IMG/VR virus record: IMGVR_UViG_3300020042_005655
Span: 1-31,209 of that record
Reading direction: 5' to 3' (one strand)
DNA: 31,209 bases
DNA from: a virus
Lineage: Duplodnaviria > Caudoviricetes
Shown here: positions 25,879 to 31,209 of the stretch, one piece after another
How positions within the stretch are numbered: position 1 is the stretch's first letter
Layout of the letters: each line of letters begins with the position of its first letter
The notes under the pieces: model-generated
Seen by the model: only the letters and a program-made list of their open reading frames with translations
Database searches by the model: none
Told to the model about the DNA's origin: nothing
Made by a program: the position numbers and the translations under genes

Positions 25879-26649
25879 ATGTCTAAATTTGCCTACTACA
25901 TTGGCGTGGATCACCGCGAACAGGATGCACTGCGGGTTACCGAGGCGTCTGTCCGAGCCCACGCCTCTAAGCCTGTCGACATCAAGCACCTAGAACACAT
26001 CGACCTGCGCCGCCGTCAACTCTTCGACCGTCCATGGCGTATCAATGAGGACGGCACCTACACCGACGAGCGCGACGGCAAGCCATTCAGCGTACAGTTT
26101 TCGCACACCCGTTTCCTCGCTCCAATCGTAGCCAAATACGACGGCATCACTGACTGGGCGCTCTTCACTGACTGCGACTGGCTGTGGCTCGACGACATCC
26201 ATAAGCTGCTCCAAGAGGCTGATCCTTCTAAGACGGTCATGGTAGTACCACACCGCTTCGAGCCCGGCAAGTCCACTAAGATGGATGGTCAAGTCCAAGC
26301 CCGTTACAAGCGCAAAATGTGGTCAGCCCTGATGCTGTGGAACCTTAAGTCTAGCAAGCTGCCCACCGTCGAGAAGGTGAACGAAGCCTCTGGCAACCAC
26401 CTGCATACGTTTGGTTGGCTGGAAGATTCTGACATCGGTTACCTGTCGGAGTCGTGGCATTGGATTCCCAACTACAGCCCAACAACCGAAGCGGCTCAGG
26501 CTCTCGAAGAACAGAACAGGCCTGTGCCTGTCAACGCAGTTCACTTCACATATGGGCCGCCCGTGGCTGGCATGGTCGACCGCGAGCCTACGCCCTTTGA
26601 TAACTTTTGGACCAACGAACTTACGGACGCTTATCACAATGCGCGCTAA
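25879..26649 (+). CDS. GT-A fold glycosyltransferase (GT8-like nucleotide-diphospho-sugar transferase)
   Basis: YIGVD.RE, FSHTRFLAP, ALFTDCD (DxD), RKMWSALMLWN, WHW and VHFTYGPP motifs. Confidence 0.82.
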   Translation: MSKFAYYIGVDHREQDALRVTEASVRAHASKPVDIKHLEHIDLRRRQLFDRPWRINEDGTYTDERDGKPFSVQFSHTRFLAPIVAKYDGITDWALFTDCDWLWLDDIHKLLQEADPSKTVMVVPHRFEPGKSTKMDGQVQARYKRKMWSALMLWNLKSSKLPTVEKVNEASGNHLHTFGWLEDSDIGYLSESWHWIPNYSPTTEAAQALEEQNRPVPVNAVHFTYGPPVAGMVDREPTPFDNFWTNELTDAYHNAR

Positions 26650-28783
26650 AATCATCACGACCCTCGGGCCTGGCGGCTGGGAAACCTATGGCCGTCGCTT
26701 CGTCGAATCCTTCAAGAAGTTCTGGCCTTCCGACATCCCCCTTGAAATCTGGCACCACGACGTTACGGGCGACTTCCCCAAGTATGAAGGCGTAACCTTC
26801 CGCGCCCTCGAAACCACACCTTCCTTCCAGAAGCTGAAGGCCAAACTGGGCACCGAAGCTAAGGACGGCCCAACCCTTCAGTATTGCTTCAAGGCCGTGG
26901 CGCTGGCCTCCTCCGTGACGCCGGACCTAGACTGGATTGGCTTCGTCGATGCCGACACCGAAACCATGCGACACGTCGACTCTCAGTTACTCGACCAACT
27001 TTTTGACGACAAGGTGCATCTGACCTATCTGTACAGGAAGTCGGTCGCTGAAAGCGAAGGCTCGTGGTTTGCTTTCAACTTGGCTACTGTCAAGGGTGCT
27101 TCGCTGTTAGCCGACTATTGGGGTCTGTATGATTCCTTCGAAGCCTTCCACTTCAAAAAAGCCCATGACAACGCAGTCCTCGACCGCCTTGTGGTGTTGC
27201 ACCGCGCACACGGCTTGATGGTGAAGGACTTGTCGGCGGGCGCGCTTGGTCTGGACGCCTTCCACCAGTCACCGCTGGGCGCCTACTTGATCCACTACAA
27301 GGGCCCGGACAAGCAGACCATTGCCAACCCGGCACTCGGCTCACCGGCCCGTTACGAAATGCTTTGTGAATTGCTGACCGCTTCTGTCAAGGCGACCGGC
27401 AAAGCAAACATCGTCGAGATCGGCACGTGGAATGGGAGCCGCGCCATCCAGATGGCCGAATGCGCCTTCGCCACCGGCATCAAGTCTGTGTCCTACGTAG
27501 GCTTCGATACTTTCGAGGATGGCAATGATCGCGCCCACGAAGGCCACACCAAGCCCCACGCCAACTCGTGGCTGGTCAGCAATCGCTTGAACAATTACAG
27601 CCGCTTGATGTCGCGGAAGGGCTTGACTTTTGACTACAGCCTTATTAAAGGTAACACTCTCCAAACTCTGCCCAATTCCAGGCAAGTAGTAAAGGAAGTC
27701 ACGTTCGCCTTCATCGACGGCGGTCACTCCTACGATACCACCAAGTCCGACTACCTTAACTTGGCGCACGTGCCCTACGTCGTGTTCGATGATGTGATTG
27801 CCCAAGAAGAAGACGGGGCGCCCGAAGGTCCGCGCTTGGTTTGGAAGGAAGCCGAAGGCCAGAAGCGCCTGATCACTAGCGGCGACGGCTACGCAGGTCT
27901 GAAGCAAACCATTTCGCTTGGCGTCGTAGTGCGCGAAGGCTTCCCGTCCCCCGAATTGCGAACCCGCCTTCAAGTCAAGCCGGTCGATTCTGTTGACAAA
28001 GGTGAACAACTTGAACACATCACGGAGAACGGCAAGACCCTTCAGAATTGGATTGGTACCTACCAAGCCCACACCAAAACCGCTTTGTTCGTCAGCGCGG
28101 GACCAACCCTGCCCCAATTCTTGGACGAAATCAAGCGCCGCCAGTCCGAAGGCTGCATCATCTTTACGGTGAAGCATGCGCTGCCGGTCCTCAAGAAAGC
28201 GGGCATCCAGCCAGACTGGACCGCCATTCTTGACCCGCGCCCGGTCGACGGCAAGTCCACGCACGGCATCATCCGCTCTGATCTATTCGCTGATGTGGGG
28301 CCACAGGATCGTTTTTTGTTTGCAACAATGACGCACCCGTCAGTTCGCAAGGTGCTTGAAGCGAAGGGCGCCCAACTGTATGGCTGGCATGCCCACACGA
28401 ACGCGACCCTGAAAGCCAGACCTGCTGCCTTCGACGTGGGCACGGTCGTGATTGGAGGCACTTGCTCGGCGACCCGCATTCCAATGCTGGCTTTTGTGAT
28501 GGGCTTCCGGCGCTTCGAGTTCTACGGCTACGACTTCTTCTACCCTGAAGACACGAACCAGGACGCTGTTAAGCAGTCCTTCATGAAGGTTAGCTTAGGT
28601 AAGGATCAGAAGTCCTACCTGACGACCGGCGAACTAGTGGCTGCGATGCAGGACCTTGGTCAGTGGAACAAGTGGTTGGTCGACAACCGCATCTCAGTGA
28701 AGTTCCACGGTGACGGTGCAGGCTCGGCGATCTGGGAACAGACCGTCAATAACTACACCGCGCCCACGGAGTACCCGTTCTAA
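26639..28783 (+). CDS. Three-domain fusion: GT-A glycosyltransferase + class I SAM methyltransferase + Maf/DUF115-like transferase
   Basis: Probable start ATG26639. Domain 1: YGRRFVESF...FVDADT...HDN...IHYKG. Domain 2: IVEIGTWNG, GFDTF, FIDGGHSY, VFDD. Domain 3: VSAGPTL, GIQPD...LDP, GGTCSA, MGFRRFEFYGYD. Confidence 0.8.
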   Translation: MRAKIITTLGPGGWETYGRRFVESFKKFWPSDIPLEIWHHDVTGDFPKYEGVTFRALETTPSFQKLKAKLGTEAKDGPTLQYCFKAVALASSVTPDLDWIGFVDADTETMRHVDSQLLDQLFDDKVHLTYLYRKSVAESEGSWFAFNLATVKGASLLADYWGLYDSFEAFHFKKAHDNAVLDRLVVLHRAHGLMVKDLSAGALGLDAFHQSPLGAYLIHYKGPDKQTIANPALGSPARYEMLCELLTASVKATGKANIVEIGTWNGSRAIQMAECAFATGIKSVSYVGFDTFEDGNDRAHEGHTKPHANSWLVSNRLNNYSRLMSRKGLTFDYSLIKGNTLQTLPNSRQVVKEVTFAFIDGGHSYDTTKSDYLNLAHVPYVVFDDVIAQEEDGAPEGPRLVWKEAEGQKRLITSGDGYAGLKQTISLGVVVREGFPSPELRTRLQVKPVDSVDKGEQLEHITENGKTLQNWIGTYQAHTKTALFVSAGPTLPQFLDEIKRRQSEGCIIFTVKHALPVLKKAGIQPDWTAILDPRPVDGKSTHGIIRSDLFADVGPQDRFLFATMTHPSVRKVLEAKGAQLYGWHAHTNATLKARPAAFDVGTVVIGGTCSATRIPMLAFVMGFRRFEFYGYDFFYPEDTNQDAVKQSFMKVSLGKDQKSYLTTGELVAAMQDLGQWNKWLVDNRISVKFHGDGAGSAIWEQTVNNYTAPTEYPF

Positions 28784-28801
28784 CGGCGCCACCAAGACGG
28801 C

Positions 28802-29047
28802 CTAGCGAAAACGCTGGGCAAGTTTAGCTGCGGGGGTGGGTTGCTTTGAGAATTGCTTCCCCGCCTTGGTAGCTTTACGCTTTGCAGCCGTTGACGCAGC
28901 GTACGTGCTAGCTGGCATAGCTTTGATCGCAGCTTCTGGAAGGTAGCGTTCACCTGTAGCCTCCGGTCCCTGGGTTGATGGCTTACCTGATTTAGTACGC
29001 CATTTTTGTTTTGTCCAGTCGGCAAGCGACTTCTGCGGGGCCTTCAT
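28802..29047 (-). CDS. Small basic protein (DUF5872-like C-terminal half)
   Basis: QKSL..WT.QKW.T, RYLPEAA and GKQFSKQP motifs; ATGA-coupled to the upstream gene. Confidence 0.75.
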   Translation of the reverse strand: MKAPQKSLADWTKQKWRTKSGKPSTQGPEATGERYLPEAAIKAMPASTYAASTAAKRKATKAGKQFSKQPTPAAKLAQRFR

Positions 29048-29226
29048 GACTTATAGCCGCCGCCCTTAGCTTTGTATTGCTGGGCCAGCATCTGTGCTTT
29101 TCTGGCGCTCCACTGGCCCGGTGAGCCGCCCTTACCTCCAGCTTTGATGCTTTCGAAAAGGGACTTACGCATACCGGGCTTAGTGTAGACGCCCGCTTCG
29201 TTGACGCGGGACGGGGTCTTAGCCAC
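29044..29226 (-). CDS. Small basic protein (DUF5872-like N-terminal half)
   Basis: YTKP.MRK, KGG.PGQWSARKAQ.LA..YK..GGGY; the GTG start overlaps the upstream stop. Confidence 0.78.
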   Translation of the reverse strand: MAKTPSRVNEAGVYTKPGMRKSLFESIKAGGKGGSPGQWSARKAQMLAQQYKAKGGGYKS

Positions 29227-29371
29227 GCTTCATCAGGCAGCCGCCCGCCTTCTTGCAAGCAGCCGGATTCGGGCAACCCTTGCAGGGCACCATGCCACCC
29301 TTCTGCATCTTGACAGCCTTCTTCTTCATCGGCCCCTGCGTCACTTGCTTCGACATATTAGAACGCATCAT
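29219..29371 (-). CDS. 50-aa basic Cys4 protein not in the ORF track
   Basis: Hand translation MMRSNMSKQVTQGPMKKKAVKMQKGGMVPCKGCPNPAACKKAGGCLMKRG*; TAATG overlap with the upstream gene and an 8-nt overlap with the downstream GTG; fills the gap exactly. Confidence 0.75.
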   Translation of the reverse strand: MMRSNMSKQVTQGPMKKKAVKMQKGGMVPCKGCPNPAACKKAGGCLMKRG

Positions 29372-30555
29372 TAGCATTTGCCTTTCGCCATGCCACCCTT
29401 GGCATACATCGCACGACCACCGCCCATCATTTTCTTAGGCTTGGACGTCATGCCACCCATCATCATCTTCTTAGGCGCAGCGACCTTGCCGCCGTGGGCC
29501 ATCTTCTTGGCAGGAGCCTTGACAGCGCCGCCCTTCTTCATGGCAGTCTTTGGCTTGATCATGCCGCCCTTCTTGAAGCCCGACTCACGCATGCGTTCAC
29601 GCTCTTGGGGGGTCAGCGGCGCATCGTATTCACGGCGCTCCTCGGGCGACATCATGTCACGCATACGACGCCTTGGCTCGGCTGGCATCGAACGCTTCAT
29701 AACATCTTCGGCCATTTCCGCGCGAGCTTCCTGTGCTTTCGGGGACTGAATGCCTTGGCGGACCTTGCCGCCTTCACGATACATCATAGCTTTGTTACCT
29801 TTCATCATGGCTGGGTGGTCTTTGTTTTTCATCATGGAACCGTCAGGCATCATGTGCATGCCTTTGCCCTTAATAGCGCCACCCTTCTTAAAGCCAAGCA
29901 ACCGACCAAGCGCACGGATGTCACCGCCTATGTTGCCGGTGCTTGGCGCGCCTTCACCCGTTTCGTTGGTGCGACGAATGCCCATACGTTCAAAGACGCC
30001 ACGATTAGATCGACGGTCTGCATCTTCTCTTAGACCACGCCTAGCTTCGTCGATGCGATCCTGCTCGATGCGATCAAGTTCCATCTGGTTTAGCCGGTCA
30101 GCTTCGGAATAACGCGGACGAGACCGTTGAGCAGGCATAGCAGGGGCTGTGCGCGAGGGAGGCTGCACTTGACTCCCTTGTGGTGGTGCCGCCGGGGCAG
30201 GAGCTGGGGCAGGAGCTGGGGCAGGAGCAGCAGGCGGCGGTGCCGCACGACCAGTGATGCGTGAGCCTACCGGATCGTTGGTGATGCGGCTCGGACGGTT
30301 GGCGCGTTCTTGGCGACGGGCTTCTATGCGCGCAGCACGTTCAGCTTCCTCACGATCATACTCGACGGCGGCTTCGGCGGCCATGCGCGCACGGTCTTCT
30401 GTCGGACGCTGACCAGCCTGGGTGCCTGAAGGTTCACGAGCGGGACGTTGCGACGGACCCTGCTGGAACGCACGACGAAGACGGGCGCCCACAGGTTCAT
30501 TGCCGATAGCTGACCGGACTTCGCCGCCTTCTTGGAACTTAGCTACACGTTTCAT
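29371..30555 (-). CDS. Basic, disordered protein with repeated xxKGG motifs
   Basis: 394 aa; Arg/Lys/Met-rich; nine hydrophobic-x-x-GG motifs; coupled at both ends. Confidence 0.75.
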   Translation of the reverse strand: MKRVAKFQEGGEVRSAIGNEPVGARLRRAFQQGPSQRPAREPSGTQAGQRPTEDRARMAAEAAVEYDREEAERAARIEARRQERANRPSRITNDPVGSRITGRAAPPPAAPAPAPAPAPAPAAPPQGSQVQPPSRTAPAMPAQRSRPRYSEADRLNQMELDRIEQDRIDEARRGLREDADRRSNRGVFERMGIRRTNETGEGAPSTGNIGGDIRALGRLLGFKKGGAIKGKGMHMMPDGSMMKNKDHPAMMKGNKAMMYREGGKVRQGIQSPKAQEARAEMAEDVMKRSMPAEPRRRMRDMMSPEERREYDAPLTPQERERMRESGFKKGGMIKPKTAMKKGGAVKAPAKKMAHGGKVAAPKKMMMGGMTSKPKKMMGGGRAMYAKGGMAKGKC

Positions 30556-31148
30556 TTTTTAGGGCCTTTCTTGGAAGTTACTTTGCCGCCCTTCTTGAAA
30601 GCCATTCCAAGATTGCGAGCGAGGTTTCGTTCGGTAGTGTTGCGAGGCGGTTGACCAGAAAGCAGGTGCCGCATGGTAGCAGCTTCGTTGGTGGTTTCGC
30701 CGTACGAAGCTGGGTCACCGGTCCACTGCATGCGCGGGCGCGTCTGTTTGAATTTGGGGAACTGATCTTCGACCGTGCCCGTTTGGCTTGGCAAATCAAT
30801 GTAGGTTGGTTTACGTTCTTGTTGCGGCTGACCCGCCCGTGGAGCAGCAGAGCCTTCTTTGGATTTGGCTTCTGCGGCAGCTTGAGCTCGGGCCTTCTCT
30901 TTCATTTCCTTGGCAAACTGCTGTTCGTAGGTGACGCCCGGCGCCACGAGGAAGTTGTAAGGATCGTTGACAGAGCCGCCCGCTGCGTACTTGTGGACGC
31001 GCCCGCCGTGGGCTTTCTTGATAGGCGGTGGTTTGCCAGCCGAGCGAAGAGCTATAGCGATAGCCTGCTTCTGGGGACGCCCGACTTCCATTTCGCGGCG
31101 AATGTTTTCAGAGATAACCTTTTGGGACTTACCCTTCTTCAGTGGCAT
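30552..31148 (-). CDS. Basic protein (MPLKKGKS...QKQAIAIAL N-terminal domain) with xxGG motifs
   Basis: SD AAGGAG at 31154-31159; the N-terminal motif is common in small phage proteins; KAHGG, YAAGG, FKKGG. Confidence 0.78.
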   Translation of the reverse strand: MPLKKGKSQKVISENIRREMEVGRPQKQAIAIALRSAGKPPPIKKAHGGRVHKYAAGGSVNDPYNFLVAPGVTYEQQFAKEMKEKARAQAAAEAKSKEGSAAPRAGQPQQERKPTYIDLPSQTGTVEDQFPKFKQTRPRMQWTGDPASYGETTNEAATMRHLLSGQPPRNTTERNLARNLGMAFKKGGKVTSKKGPKK

Positions 31149-31157
31149 AGCAACTCC

Positions 31158-31208
31158 TTACGGGTAGGTTGCCCAAGGCAACTGGAAGTGGGGGCCATCG
31201 GGGAAAGA
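31158..31208 (-). CDS. C-terminal fragment of an M15-family peptidase (endolysin)
   Basis: Reverse strand reads ...SFPDGPHFQLPWATYP*. D-x-P-H-F-[QE]-L is the C-terminal Zn-ligand motif of M15 L-Ala-D-Glu peptidase endolysins. The gene runs off the window. Confidence 0.7.
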   Translation of the reverse strand, partial: SFPDGPHFQLPWATYP

Positions 31209-31209
31209 T

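Noticed and set aside
26411-26638. Upstream extensions given by the ORF track (26411; also 7484, 13720 and 19838)
   Set aside because: They overlap upstream genes extensively; downstream ATGs (26639, 7568, 13747, 20000) have coupling or SD support.
29378-30112. Hydrophobic + strand ORFs (MPPxx repeats) that look like membrane proteins
   Set aside because: They are the reverse complement of the Lys/Met/Gly-Gly repeats of the minus-strand gene, which is coupled to its neighbours.
1-31209. Alternative genetic code or stop-codon reassignment; tRNA or other ncRNA genes
   Set aside because: Genes tile densely under the standard code with TAA, TGA and TAG all used as stops; intergenic gaps are too short and show no cloverleaf.

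Overview
The window is a ~31 kb slice of a lytic-looking, podovirus-like tailed phage genome. No tRNA, rRNA, CRISPR, integrase or transposase was seen. The + strand (1-28783) carries, in order: a 5'-truncated repeat-rich fibre/decoration gene, a P-loop ATPase, terS, terL, portal, a GroES-like co-chaperonin, scaffold, major capsid, head-tail adaptors, two tandem Cys4 paralogs, a holin-like membrane protein, tail/nozzle proteins, four probable ejection/internal proteins (the largest 1632 aa), and a two-gene glycan-modification cassette. That cassette is a GT-A glycosyltransferase plus a three-domain GT/SAM-methyltransferase/Maf-like fusion. A convergent minus-strand block (28802-31209) holds the end of an M15-type endolysin and five small or medium basic proteins, one of them absent from the ORF track. 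Best candidates for undescribed biology: (1) a virion glycosylation system, pairing the enzyme cassette with a V-S-[A/S/T/V] motif that recurs in outward-facing structural proteins; (2) a [FYM]-x-x-G-G-x-[VI] motif repeated across several unlinked putative internal proteins; (3) a shared C-terminal RIIE/coiled-coil module on two distant fibre genes. All product calls come from motif recognition and gene order; no database search was run.
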